Shown: piece by piece, positions 10,004 through 21,800 of the stretch
How the letters are laid out: every line of letters starts with the position of its first letter
Position numbering within the stretch: position 1 is the first letter of the stretch
Source of the DNA: Elusimicrobiota bacterium
GTDB taxonomy: Bacteria; Elusimicrobiota; Elusimicrobia; Elusimicrobiales; UBA9959
DNA length: 64,000 bases
Reading direction: 5' to 3'
Assembly (NCBI GenBank): GCA_036574205.1
Contig: JAINCQ010000012.1
Span: forward strand, 11,434 to 75,433
Notes under the pieces: model-generated
The model's database searches: none
What the model was told of the DNA's origin: nothing
Seen by the model: only the letters and a program-made list of their open reading frames with translations
Position numbers and translations under genes: made by a program

Positions 10004-10720
10004 ATGAATTATAATAATATAAAACTTCTTATAATAAAGGAACTAAAACATTATTTTAACACACCTCCATTATATGTTTTAACAACAGTATTTCTTCTTT
10101 TAATCGGGTATTTTTTTGCTCAACCGATGTTTTTAATAGCCCAGGCTAACCTTAATTCAATTGTAGATATTATGCCTTTAATATTGACTTTCTTTATTCC
10201 AGCATTAACCATGAAACTAATTGCCGAGGAAAAGAAAACTCAAACAATAGAAATTCTTTTAACACTTCCTTTCTCAGAAGAAGAGATAATAATATCAAAA
10301 TATATATCTTCAGTAATTGTAATGTTTCTCGCTTTTTTATTAATGTCTTTTTATGCGATTACCATAATCATGCTTTCAAAACCAGACATAGGACATATTA
10401 TAGGAACTTATCTGGGGTTGTTTTTACTATCTATCTCATTTATAGCAATTGGAATATTTTCTTCAACCCTTTCATCAAGCCAGATTAATGCTTTTATAAT
10501 AGGTTTTGCAATTTCATTTTTCTTTTACATAAGTGGTAAAACAACTTTTTTTCTTCCAATTTATCTTCAAAATATATTCAATTACCTTGGGACAGACATC
10601 CATATTTCAAATATATCAAGAGGAGTTATAGATCTAAAAGATCTTATATATTTTTTCAGTATAATTTCTGCTTTTTTATACCTTTCAGTTTATAGATTAA
10701 AAACAATGAGGATAAAATAA
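10004..10720 (+). CDS. ABC-2 permease (GldF-like)
   Basis: KELKHYFNTP, PALTMKLIAEEKKTQTIEILLTLP, RGVIDLKDLIYF. Six TM segments. Confidence 0.85.
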   Translation: MNYNNIKLLIIKELKHYFNTPPLYVLTTVFLLLIGYFFAQPMFLIAQANLNSIVDIMPLILTFFIPALTMKLIAEEKKTQTIEILLTLPFSEEEIIISKYISSVIVMFLAFLLMSFYAITIIMLSKPDIGHIIGTYLGLFLLSISFIAIGIFSSTLSSSQINAFIIGFAISFFFYISGKTTFFLPIYLQNIFNYLGTDIHISNISRGVIDLKDLIYFFSIISAFLYLSVYRLKTMRIK

Positions 10721-10722
10721 CT

Positions 10723-12285
10723 ATGAAAAAGATAGAAATATTAATATTTATCTTAATATTGGTAATCTTAAATCTGATAGTTTCAAAATTAAATGTCAGA
10801 TTTGATGCTACAAGAGATAAGATATATACCCTTTCAAAGGGAAGCAAAAATATCATAAAAAAGATAAACGACAATCTCTTTATAGACCTTTATTATTCAA
10901 AGGAACTACCCCCTCAGATAAATACAAATAAAGAATATGCAATCTCAATGATAAAAGATTACGCATCTTATTCAAAAAAAATTAAATTATCAACCATAGA
11001 AATAGCAGAAAATGAGGATTTAAAAAGACATGCTCGAGAAGAAGGAGTTATACCAGTCAGATTTGATATAGTATCAAAAGAGAAATTTGAACAGAGAGAA
11101 GGGTTTCTGGGATTAACTATAAGATACAGAGAAAAAAAGGATGTAATCGGTTTTATCTCTGATATATCAAACTTTGAATACGATCTTACTTCAAGAATTA
11201 AAAACTTAATAAATGAAAATAAGGAAAAGGTATATTTTATAACAGATTCAAATTCTTTATCATCTTACAGAATAAATCCTCAGATAAAAGAAAAACTTTT
11301 AAATAATTATGAGATAAAAGATTTTCAATTAAAAGATTTATATAATTCAACAGAAAGTTTTGCAGCATGTCTTGTAGGACCAACAACCCCTTTGAATGAA
11401 AAGGAACTTTTTTATTTTGACCAGATACTTGCAAAAGGAAACAGAATTTTTATAGCCTATGATATGAAATACACAACAATGGACAGCTTTTTTTCAAGGG
11501 ATAATAATATAGGGATAGAAAAGATACTTTCTAAAAATGGGATAAGATTAAAAAATACACTTATACTTGACAGAAACTCACAGGCTATTCAAATTGGCTT
11601 CAGGCAAGGACCTTTTATCATTTCAAATATCGTAAAATATCCATACTTTATAATAACTGACAATTTAGACAGGAATCATTCAACAACAAAAGATGTTTAT
11701 TCTTTAACAATTCCATTTGCCTCTCCAATAGAATATTCAACAACTTCAAAGCTTCTAATAACACCACTTGTTAAAACATCAAGATACAGCTGGGCAAAAA
11801 AAGAGAATTCATATATAAATATAAACCCTTTTCAGGAATACACTTTATCGCAGGATGATTATAATGGACCATTTACAATATCCATATTAGCAAAAGGCAG
11901 ATTTGATTCATATTTTGAAACTGTGCCAAAAGAAATTGAGAAAGAGAGTAAAGGGAAAATATCTCATATAAAGCAAGGAGAAAAAGATTCAATTTTATAC
12001 TTAATATCATCGTCTAAATTTATAACTAATGAAGAACTTAATCAGGAAAATGCTCAATATTTTACAAATATAATAAATTTCCTTACACAGGATGAGGATA
12101 TTATTACTATAAGGTCTAAAAAAGCAGGCTTTATACCTTTAAAAGAGATAAATGACAGGTTGAAGGTATTAATAAAATATATGAATATTTTTCTGCCATC
12201 AATAATTTTGATAGCTATCGGTCTTTACAGATGGAAAAAACTTGAATTAGAAAGAGAAAAAGCTAAAAAGGTTTATACAAGCTGA
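10723..12285 (+). CDS. GldG-like ABC auxiliary component
   Basis: RFDATRDKIYTLS after an N-terminal TM, EYDLTSRI, and ITIRSK...LK before a C-terminal TM. Confidence 0.85.
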   Translation: MKKIEILIFILILVILNLIVSKLNVRFDATRDKIYTLSKGSKNIIKKINDNLFIDLYYSKELPPQINTNKEYAISMIKDYASYSKKIKLSTIEIAENEDLKRHAREEGVIPVRFDIVSKEKFEQREGFLGLTIRYREKKDVIGFISDISNFEYDLTSRIKNLINENKEKVYFITDSNSLSSYRINPQIKEKLLNNYEIKDFQLKDLYNSTESFAACLVGPTTPLNEKELFYFDQILAKGNRIFIAYDMKYTTMDSFFSRDNNIGIEKILSKNGIRLKNTLILDRNSQAIQIGFRQGPFIISNIVKYPYFIITDNLDRNHSTTKDVYSLTIPFASPIEYSTTSKLLITPLVKTSRYSWAKKENSYININPFQEYTLSQDDYNGPFTISILAKGRFDSYFETVPKEIEKESKGKISHIKQGEKDSILYLISSSKFITNEELNQENAQYFTNIINFLTQDEDIITIRSKKAGFIPLKEINDRLKVLIKYMNIFLPSIILIAIGLYRWKKLELEREKAKKVYTS

Positions 12286-12309
12286 GTTTTCTTTTTATAA
12301 GGGAGGGAT

Positions 12310-13173
12310 ATGAATATTAAAAATCTTCTCATAGTTTTATCCTTAATTATATTGATATATATCGCTGTTTTAACTCTCAACCAACCAAAAATTTATTCAA
12401 ATACCCCTTTTTCCAAAAAAATAGATACAAATAAAATAACAGAAATCACAATAACAAACCTAACTCATGAGGTTAGTCTAAGCAAAAAAGAGAAAATATG
12501 GCTAATGACGAAACCATATCATTATAAAGCAGATAACCAGGAAATAGAAAGCTTAATTGAAAAAATTTCTAAGGCAAAATTATATGGACCTCTGACTGAC
12601 AAAAAAACAGAATATTATAGATTTGAAATATATCCAGACTCATCAACATTAGTAACTTTAAAATCAAATAAAACCCTTTCTCTTTTGATTGGAAAAGCAA
12701 CTCAGGATTATAATGGAACTTTTATCAAATTCAAAGAATCTGATGAGATATATGAGCTAAAAGGTATATACCCATTTGATTTCAAAAAAAACTCCCAGGA
12801 TCTTTTATATAAAAATATAGTTGAATCAGATATTTCAGAGATAAACTCATATGAAATAATATACAATAAAAGTAAGATATATGATTCAAAATCTGGTGAT
12901 AAATGGCTAAAAGAAAACTCTCAAAGAATAATTGAAAAACTTAAAGAAATAAGATTTAACAAAATAGAAAAGGTAGAAAAGGAAAAAGAGAAAATACTGG
13001 CAGAGATAACGTTAAAATCTCAAAACAATGATGAGCGTTTATCAATATATAAAAAAGGGAAAAATTATATTATATTTAAAAACGACTATGAATTAACGAT
13101 TGAGGATTCATACTCTAAGAAAATTGAAAGCTTTATTGATGAACTAAAAAAAGATATTTCCACAAAAAAATAA
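12310..13173 (+). CDS. DUF4340 domain protein
   Basis: N-terminal TM, WLMTKPYHYKAD motif, LLIGK. Typical position downstream of GldG-like genes. Confidence 0.7.
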   Translation: MNIKNLLIVLSLIILIYIAVLTLNQPKIYSNTPFSKKIDTNKITEITITNLTHEVSLSKKEKIWLMTKPYHYKADNQEIESLIEKISKAKLYGPLTDKKTEYYRFEIYPDSSTLVTLKSNKTLSLLIGKATQDYNGTFIKFKESDEIYELKGIYPFDFKKNSQDLLYKNIVESDISEINSYEIIYNKSKIYDSKSGDKWLKENSQRIIEKLKEIRFNKIEKVEKEKEKILAEITLKSQNNDERLSIYKKGKNYIIFKNDYELTIEDSYSKKIESFIDELKKDISTKK

Positions 13174-13190
13174 TCCTGAAATTTATAGAA

Positions 13191-16100
13191 TTATTTTACA
13201 GCAATCTTTACTTTTTTTGTCTGATTGCCAGAAATATACTCTATATAAACATCTCCTTCTATCTCAGACAAAGCATTATTATATGTTATAAGATTATCTA
13301 TCTCAATATCATTTAATTTCGTTATTATGTCTCCTTCTTTTATCTCTGTATTTAGCAAAAGAGAATTTTCAGAAAGTCTTGCAATTCTAACACCCTTGCC
13401 GCTATAACCAAAATCTGGCATAAACCCCAAAGAAATTTTTCTTTTCTTAATCGGCTTTTGTATTTTTATATCAAGAAAATCAAGTCTTGGGTATTTTGAA
13501 ATCTCATCTATTAAACTTAAAACAAAATCACCAGCCACCAAAAGCCCATCAAAATTTATATTTTCATAAACATCTTTTGGTGTATGATAGTCAGGATCCC
13601 CCCCATCAAAAATCTGAATTGCAGGGATCTGTTTTTCTATAAAACTCATCTGATCGGATGAATCAAGTGGCAATGTTGAAATTTTATAATTAATCATTGT
13701 AGCAAGCGAAGCATTTTTTATTATACTCTGCCATTTTGAAGATGAATTAGAATTTAAAATGTATATCTCTTTATTAATTTTTCCAATAGTATCCAAATTT
13801 ACATTAGCAAGAATCTTTGAAATTATATCTTTCGAAAGACTTTCTAAAAAATATTTTGATCCAGATCTTTGCTCCTCTTCTCCAGAAAAAAAACAGAACG
13901 CAAGATTATTTTTTTGGCTTTTAACTTTTGATAACAAATCACTTAACCCAAGCAAAACAGAAACACCACTCGCATTATCATTTGCTCCCGGAAAAAAAGA
14001 ATTATCTTTTGGGAAAAGGTGATCATAATGCGCTGTTAAAAAAATATATAAATCAGATTTTCCTTTAAGATATCCACAAATATTTTTTGTTTTATATTTT
14101 TTCCCATTAAAATCAACTTCAAATTCCTGTTTATATGAACCACCAAAAAATGGTAAAAAATGATTTTTCTTTAATCTTTTCTCTATGTAATTAGCTGCCT
14201 TTTCAATCTCATTTGATCCAGGATGTCTTGTCTTAAGCTTTTTTGATAAAAAATAGACATCTTTTTTTAATTTAAACTTATTAATAGAATATTCAGCATT
14301 TACTACTAAGGGACTAGAAGTTAACTTCAAATTAGAATAATCAAATTCATCAAATAAAAATATATTTGGGGAACTTTTTAATTTCCAGACACCGGATAAA
14401 ATATTATTATTTTCCGAATCAAAAACAAGATAAGAATACTTTGAATAATGTGGAATTTTAAAAGATATCAACTCTGATGAAATCTTATCTCTTGGAAAAA
14501 AGAAATTAACAGTATAATCAGGATTTTCAGGATTTAGAAAAGAAAATACAAAACTATTTTTATCAAACTCATACTTTATATTATCAATCCAGATCCCTGA
14601 AGAATCTATCCTGATATTATAATCATTTTCTTTTAAGACTTCATTTAAAATACCAGTTTCTTTTCCAACTATCCATAGATCAGTATTTATTTTAGATAAG
14701 TCCAAATCTTCTTTTCTCAAAATTTTATAATCTTTATATTGATATGGTTTAAGAAAACCAGAATATTCATCATCCAATAAAAAACTAACCTTCATTGCGC
14801 CATTTACTCTGGATAAAGTTGAAGGTAACTCTCTGTTATTTAATTTTCTTGGCATATCATACATTAAATCAATCCCTAAAGCACGAGGTCTAGAGGATAG
14901 AAAAACATCAATTTTTTTGGAATCAAAACCTTTTAAATCAAAATTTAATATTTCATAAGAATAATCCTTATAAATAAGAAAAACAGGGATATCCATAAAA
15001 AAATTGCCGGTCTGTGATAAAACAAAAGAAAGAAGATAACCGGTAGAAGTTTCTTTTAACTCAGCAGAAGAAATACTTATACTTTCAAGGCCTTTTTGGT
15101 TAACATATCTATCAAAAGCTTCCTTTAAATCTACTTTTCCTTCTTTTTCAAATTCAACCCTTATATCATCCCAGCTTGCCTCTTTAAACAAATTCTTTCT
15201 GTAAAAATTTCTTAATGAGCGAATAAAAACCTCATCCCCAAGTTTTTTCCTTAACATATGAAAAAACATTAATGCTTTTCCATAACCTATGGATTCACTC
15301 AAACCACTATGCCGCTCAATAAACTGTGAAAGAGGAAAGTCATTATTATCTAAAACAGAATCGTTATATTTTTTGATAACACTTATTCTATAATCAAGAT
15401 CCTTTCCCTTTTGCTCTTGAATGGCATAATCCGCCATATATGCAGTAAGTCCTTCACACCAGTTACCTTTTTTATAATCAACAAAAACCCCATTCCCCCA
15501 CCAGTTATGAAGTATCTCATGAGGATAAGATGTTATGAATATAAAAGGAAAGCGTATAACAGTAGGACCTATTAAGGTAAAGGAAGGGAAAGCATATCCT
15601 GTTTCCCAGAAATTTTCCACAACTGCAAATTTTTCATAAGGATATTTTCCAATAAGTGATGAATACATTTTTATGTATTTTAAGGCATAATCCAGATACT
15701 TATCAGCAAGAGTCTTATCTTCATTCCTTAAAAAAACATAAAGATCTATATCATCTTTTTTGTTATATTCGATAAATTTTCCACAAACAAGCGGAATATC
15801 CAGATTTTTTAAAGAAGATTTCCATAGAGAAATATTTTTGTCATTTTCTATTTTCTCTTCTATCCTCTTTCCAGCAAGTACTACTTTATAATCCTTTTCA
15901 ATAGAAACTTTTATAGAAAAACCAAAAGCCTCTTTTTTCTCCATAACCGGATACCAGTAACTCTGTTTTGTCAGATAACATCCATCCAGAGAAATAATTC
16001 CTTCTGTTTCTCTAAAACTCCTCTGATATTCTTCTGAAACACTTTTGATAGGATAATTTATAATACCAGAGTAATTAAATGAAAGCCTGTCAAATTTTCT

Positions 16101-16343
16101 TCCATTTTTATAATAAGCGGTATATTTTCTGTAAATTCCCTCTTCTTTACCATAAACAATAGTAAATCCCTTCCAATCTATATTAAAATCTTTATTAAGA
16201 TAAAAATCAACTTTATCAAGTTTCCTATCAAATTTTAATTCTACATTAACATTTAAAAAACTTTCTTGAGGATTTATATCTGCTTTAATATCATAAAAAA
16301 CCTTAGAGTTTAAAAAAAGTGAAAAAATAAGAAAATAAAACAT
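13191..16343 (-). CDS. Fused M1 aminopeptidase - M28 peptidase - PDZ protein
   Basis: M1: HEILH...WCEGL and YGKALMFFHMLR. M28: AHYDH, GANDNASG, GEEEQ, SSDQ, DYHTPKD. C-terminal LGFMPD...EGDII PDZ. Confidence 0.85.
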   Translation of the reverse strand: MFYFLIFSLFLNSKVFYDIKADINPQESFLNVNVELKFDRKLDKVDFYLNKDFNIDWKGFTIVYGKEEGIYRKYTAYYKNGRKFDRLSFNYSGIINYPIKSVSEEYQRSFRETEGIISLDGCYLTKQSYWYPVMEKKEAFGFSIKVSIEKDYKVVLAGKRIEEKIENDKNISLWKSSLKNLDIPLVCGKFIEYNKKDDIDLYVFLRNEDKTLADKYLDYALKYIKMYSSLIGKYPYEKFAVVENFWETGYAFPSFTLIGPTVIRFPFIFITSYPHEILHNWWGNGVFVDYKKGNWCEGLTAYMADYAIQEQKGKDLDYRISVIKKYNDSVLDNNDFPLSQFIERHSGLSESIGYGKALMFFHMLRKKLGDEVFIRSLRNFYRKNLFKEASWDDIRVEFEKEGKVDLKEAFDRYVNQKGLESISISSAELKETSTGYLLSFVLSQTGNFFMDIPVFLIYKDYSYEILNFDLKGFDSKKIDVFLSSRPRALGIDLMYDMPRKLNNRELPSTLSRVNGAMKVSFLLDDEYSGFLKPYQYKDYKILRKEDLDLSKINTDLWIVGKETGILNEVLKENDYNIRIDSSGIWIDNIKYEFDKNSFVFSFLNPENPDYTVNFFFPRDKISSELISFKIPHYSKYSYLVFDSENNNILSGVWKLKSSPNIFLFDEFDYSNLKLTSSPLVVNAEYSINKFKLKKDVYFLSKKLKTRHPGSNEIEKAANYIEKRLKKNHFLPFFGGSYKQEFEVDFNGKKYKTKNICGYLKGKSDLYIFLTAHYDHLFPKDNSFFPGANDNASGVSVLLGLSDLLSKVKSQKNNLAFCFFSGEEEQRSGSKYFLESLSKDIISKILANVNLDTIGKINKEIYILNSNSSSKWQSIIKNASLATMINYKISTLPLDSSDQMSFIEKQIPAIQIFDGGDPDYHTPKDVYENINFDGLLVAGDFVLSLIDEISKYPRLDFLDIKIQKPIKKRKISLGFMPDFGYSGKGVRIARLSENSLLLNTEIKEGDIITKLNDIEIDNLITYNNALSEIEGDVYIEYISGNQTKKVKIAVK

Positions 16344-16436
16344 AAATCCTCTCCCTATAAAAACTAATTTAAAGCAATAAATTATATAATTATATTATAC
16401 ACTATTCGCTAAAGCTTTTTTTTAAAAGGAGAAGTT

Positions 16437-17654
16437 ATGAATAAAACAGCGATATTAATAGTAATAGACGCAGTTGGGATAGACACATTAAAATTTTTAA
16501 TAGAAAATTATCCAGGTAAAATAAAAATTCCCAATCTTTTAGATCTTGGACTTTCAACCCTTATAGAAAATACTTACAGCAGAAATAAAAAGAATAGTAA
16601 AAAAGGAAAATTGATTCAAATAGATCAGATATCAACCACCGCAGATAGCCTCATAGGTCATAGAGAAATGGTCGGGGTTATAGACAGAAATTCATATAAT
16701 CTCTTTCCAGATGGCTTTCCGAAAGATTACCTTTTAAAACTTGAAAAAGCTGTAGGTAGAAAAACTTTTTTCAATAAAATGGCTGGTGGTATGGAAGCAA
16801 TAGAATTAAACTATAAACACCATGAAAAAACAGGTGATCTCATAATATATGCAAGCAAATGCGATCCATTAATACAAATAGCAATGAATGAAGAAATAAT
16901 CCCGCTAAAAGAGCAAAAATATATAGCTGATACAGCTTTTAAACTTGCAATTGAGCAAAAATTGGGAATTACCAGGGCAATTGCAAGAAGTTATATAAGA
17001 CGAAATAACGAGATAATAAGAACAGCTAATAGATACGATGCTGTTTTACCATTATCAGGAAAAACTCTTATAGATATAATGAATGAAAATTTTGTCTGGA
17101 CAATTGCTGTAGGAAAAACCAGTGATTTAGTAAATACAAATTATTATGAAAAAATAAAAATAACAAACAAAGCACTCATAGATCCATCATTAAATATAAA
17201 ATTTGTCCATCCAGCCCATAAAGATACAAATCCTTTTAATATGCAAGGAATTATAAATGCTTTCAAATCATCAAAAATAATTTATAGACCTAATGGTAGT
17301 TTTATTTTTGCAAACCTTGTTGATACTGATAGTCTTTATGGACATACCAGGGATATTAAAGGCGCGGTTTGTGCTATTGAAGAAATAGATCGTTTTATAG
17401 GTAAATTTATTAAAATGATAACAAAAGATGACCTTCTCATAATAACTGCCGATCATGGTATGCAACACCGTCAGGATTATGGATATCATAACAAGGAAAA
17501 GCTTTTTGCAATTCTATATCCTGAATTAAAAAACATTAAAACACAAGTTATGCCAGGGTTATGTGATATAGGGAATATATTGGCGCAGTTTTTTGAACTT
17601 GAAAAACCTTACAGCAAATTAGTTAAGGATCAATTAGAAAAATTAAATTTGTAA
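16437..17654 (+). CDS. deoB: Phosphopentomutase-like metalloenzyme (divergent)
   Basis: LIVIDAVG, GHREM, FPDGFP, IARSY, FANLVDTDSLYGHTRD, ITADHG. Confidence 0.7.
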   Translation: MNKTAILIVIDAVGIDTLKFLIENYPGKIKIPNLLDLGLSTLIENTYSRNKKNSKKGKLIQIDQISTTADSLIGHREMVGVIDRNSYNLFPDGFPKDYLLKLEKAVGRKTFFNKMAGGMEAIELNYKHHEKTGDLIIYASKCDPLIQIAMNEEIIPLKEQKYIADTAFKLAIEQKLGITRAIARSYIRRNNEIIRTANRYDAVLPLSGKTLIDIMNENFVWTIAVGKTSDLVNTNYYEKIKITNKALIDPSLNIKFVHPAHKDTNPFNMQGIINAFKSSKIIYRPNGSFIFANLVDTDSLYGHTRDIKGAVCAIEEIDRFIGKFIKMITKDDLLIITADHGMQHRQDYGYHNKEKLFAILYPELKNIKTQVMPGLCDIGNILAQFFELEKPYSKLVKDQLEKLNL

Positions 17655-17699
17655 TAATTATTTAATTAATGTTTAACATAATAATTTTATAATTTAATT

Positions 17700-18833
17700 A
17701 TGAGAAAGTTGTGTGTTTTAATAATTTTTATTGTTTTACCTTTAAATTTTTTATTATCAAAAACAAAAAAAGACAAAACCAATGAGAAAGTCTCAACTCA
17801 AACAGTAAAAACAGAAATTTCTATTGCTAAAAAAGCGCTTGAAGTAATAGTTTTAAACTTAAAAAACTCAGATTCAGATATTAAGGCATATGCTATAGAA
17901 GCTCTTTCAAGGACTAATAATTCCAGGCTCATACCAATAATACAAAAATATCTCAATGATACAAGCAAATATGTAATAATATCTACAGTTAAATCGTTGT
18001 GGAACTTAGGAGATATAAAATCCATAACTAAAATATATGATATAATATCCGAGGTTCCGGCATCAGATAACTCTAAAAACGATCCTCTGACCCAGTTAAA
18101 AATAATATCCCAAAACAAAATAAGAGAAAAAGCTATTGAAACTCTTGTTGATCTTTATGGAATAAAAGCAAATAAGATTCTTATTGAATTAAAAAATAAC
18201 GACAATTATTCCCAGATAAGGGATGCAGCTTCAAGAGAGCTTGCTAAAATAGGATATAAGAATGAACTGGAAAATTTTTATACAGCCCTTAATTCTTCAG
18301 ATGAAGAGATAAGAAACCAGGCTGCAGAAAATTTAATCCGCATATGCCCGACAGAATCTAACAAGATTATTTCAGCCATTAAAAAAGAAAAATCAATAAG
18401 GGTTAAGATACTATTGCTTGAGTCGCTTAAATGTGCGGTTCTTTCTAAAAAGGACGAAGAAGAAATATTAAAATATACAAATGACGATAATCAAACTATA
18501 AGATATAAATCAATAAAAGCTCTTTTAAACTCTCAAAATCCCAAAATTATAGAAGAATTAAAAAAAATATATACTGATACTCCTGATATAATTACTAAAC
18601 TAACAATCTTAAAAAAACTCTTACAAAACCAGAAGATAGAAGTTACTGAATCAGATGTAGCTTATTTCAATTCACTTGATAACTCTGAAGTTAAGAGGAA
18701 GTTTATAGAAATAGCTGAATATATTCCATCTCTTTCAGGAAAATACTTATTGAGTTATTTAGAAGACAAAGACCCATATGTTCAGATAGATGCAGCTGTA
18801 AAGATTATAGAAATGGAGAAGAAAAATGATTAA
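17700..18833 (+). CDS. Exported HEAT-repeat protein
   Basis: Signal-like N-terminus and repeated L.D.d..vR..AaeaL units (e.g. LNSSDEEIRNQAAENL, LEDKDPYVQIDAA). Confidence 0.8.
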   Translation: MRKLCVLIIFIVLPLNFLLSKTKKDKTNEKVSTQTVKTEISIAKKALEVIVLNLKNSDSDIKAYAIEALSRTNNSRLIPIIQKYLNDTSKYVIISTVKSLWNLGDIKSITKIYDIISEVPASDNSKNDPLTQLKIISQNKIREKAIETLVDLYGIKANKILIELKNNDNYSQIRDAASRELAKIGYKNELENFYTALNSSDEEIRNQAAENLIRICPTESNKIISAIKKEKSIRVKILLLESLKCAVLSKKDEEEILKYTNDDNQTIRYKSIKALLNSQNPKIIEELKKIYTDTPDIITKLTILKKLLQNQKIEVTESDVAYFNSLDNSEVKRKFIEIAEYIPSLSGKYLLSYLEDKDPYVQIDAAVKIIEMEKKND

Positions 18834-21800
18834 AACCAGTTTATTACTATTATTTATTCTTTCAAATTTAAACGCAAAATCCTTCAAGGAATTTAGAACC
18901 AATAAGATTTCCCCCTTAGCTGATACAATAATAGAGATAGAAACCCAAAAGACAAAAAAAACACATTCAGCTATATCAACAATGGCTTTTAAAAAAAATT
19001 TTTTTAAAACCTTTAACAATAACAATTCAAGTTCAAAAAAATGGAAAATAAAATTTAATTCCTATGGTATTCCAAAGCTTTTAAGCGGAGATAAAACGAA
19101 GAAAAAATACTATGGAAATATAGAACAAATATTTGAAACATTTGTTTTAGAAAATAAGGATATGCTTGGAATTGAAATGAAAAATTTAAGATTAGTGACA
19201 AAATCAGAATTTTTAGGTACAAAACATATATATTATCAGCAATATTATAAGCATTTACCTGTTGAATTTTCATATGTAAAACTCCATATTACTCAAGACA
19301 ATGAAGTCAGTCAGTATAATGCAAAATATTATCCAGATATAAATATTGATATAAACCCGAATGTCTCTATTGAACAGGCAAAATCAATAATAGCCCAGGA
19401 ACTCGGGTTTTTCAGCATATCCACATATTCTCTGGTAATTTTCCCAGATGAATTAAATAATTCTTATTATTTAAGCTGGAAAATAAAAACTGAAGGAGGA
19501 AGCGGAAATTTAAATGGAAAATGGATTTATTATATAAATGCAAAAGAACCAAAAATAATATTTAAATATGATGAAAGACAATATTCATGTACTCTTCAGG
19601 AAGAAACCTCAGGATATGTTATGGGAGAGGTGTATGAAATCTCACCAGCTCCAACAGACCAAGAAAATGGACCTGACTCCTGGGTTCCCAAAATAACAAC
19701 TCCAATAGCAAATCAATATGTTTTTGCTGGAAGCACTTCTGTTTCCACAACAACAAAAGAAAATGGGGAATATTGTATAGACTATGATACCTCAAACAAT
19801 GGCGCAAAAGTTTTTATGACTCTTATGGGTCCTTATTTTTCAGTTATGAATTTCAATGGGAAACCATCAATATTTACCAATGGAAATATAACATGGAAAA
19901 CGGCTTCCCCTTCTCTAAATATCTCATCTTATAATAATGATTCTGAAACCTTATACTCAATATCTCCAAATCTAACAATAAATTCTGGGGAATCGCTGGC
20001 GTTTGTCGGTCCTATGTTTTCAAGCTTTAATATAGGAGAAGTTGACAACTGTGGCAGTGGAATTGATAATGATATGGTATATGTGATGGACTCAAATAAA
20101 AATTCTGTGGCTATATGGTTTGGAAAAAACAAAAGCAATCTTTTTGGTGGGCTTGTCCCTGATAATAAATATATTATAAAAATAAAGTCAGACTCATCAG
20201 GCACAGGCAGTTTCAATATAATCAATTCAAGCTATATGGTAATTACTAATTATCAGGGTAAAAATTATGCCACAGGTTCTGTAATTTGGTCAACAGCTAA
20301 TTACCTTACGGATCCAGATGGATCTTCAATAAATACATTTTATCATTTAAATAAAATAAGAAATTTTATGATGAAATTTAATTCAAAATGTGGTGGAACT
20401 GGCTGTATAAATTTAGACAAAAAAGTTCCTGTAATGATTGATGTTTATGGCGATAAATTAACACCTGACTGCCCTCAAGAAAATACAATGCTTAATGCTT
20501 TTTATGATTTAGATCATGATGCAATATTTATGGGAAAAGGGATAAATATGGGTTCTTACTATAAGAATTTTGGACTTGATGGGACGGTTATAAGGCATGA
20601 ATATGGACATCTTGTTATGAATAGAATATATCCAATAATTTATTTTGGTGAGTTTGGCGCAATAACTGAAGCTATAGCTGATTATTTTTCAATCTCATCT
20701 TTCTGGGATGAAGGTAAAACAATAACTGTGCTTGGCAATTTTATTGGAATAGGTGAAGGCGCAAGAAGAGATTTGAAACAATTATCAGATTATCCTAAAA
20801 GAATGCCACAAGACTGGGTAGGAGAAGTGCATGAGGATGGAGAAATACTTTCTGGAGCTTTATATAAAATAAGAAAAGATTCCTCTTATTCTCTTGGGAT
20901 TTTCTCATCTGGATCATATGCTGGACTTAATAAAGCTGATTTATATATATTTGGCGCTTTATTTTATTTTCCAGATAATTTTGAAAATTTTAGAGAAGCG
21001 GTTATTGATATATGTAAAAGAATAGAAGGAACAAGTTGTGAAAAATCTAAAATAGAAGATGCCTTTAATGCTCATGGAATAGGAGCTCAATCTGTTGTAG
21101 ACCTATATGAGCCAAACAATGGTCCTGAATATGCAACAAACATATCTACTTTTTCAACCGTTTACGGTTATATAGATTATCAGGGAGATGAAGATTATTA
21201 CGCAATCCCTTTGGGAGAAGGAATTTTCCAGGCAAGGCTTTATCTACCAGAAGGCTATTCAAGCGGTTCGGGTTTTTATCACGCATATAATATGTTTCTT
21301 TTTGACAGTTACAGAAACTATATAACCGGTGCTTCTCCTAATATAGTTCCTTCTTTATGCTATAATAAAGATTCTCCTGTTCCCAATAGTTGTTATACAA
21401 AAGACTCATATATAGACCTTTATTATACAGTTTCAAAACCTCAAGTTTATTATTTAGCTATAACCGCTGGGATAAATAGTAACTATGGGAATGGAATAGA
21501 CTTTAACAATACAACTCCATATATTCTAACTTATTCAGCAAATTCAAAATCCATTGTTTCAGCTCAAATAAAAACAAGAAAAGTAGATGAAGATGAAATA
21601 GAATTTACCGCTACAGTCCCAAAGTTTGAATATTTGGAAGATTTAACTCATCTCACTTGGACAGAAGGTCAGGAGTTTGAATTCTGTGAATATGATTGTA
21701 TAAAAATATTGGACAATAATCTTAATGAACTTTCAACAAATTATATTTCCATTTCATATGCTTTGGGAGAAACTTCCTATAACACTATTGATAGTCTTGG

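Noticed and set aside
9101..13173. Proof of gliding motility
   Set aside because: GldAFG-like ABC systems are widespread in non-gliders, and no GldK/L/M/N or SprB is in the window.
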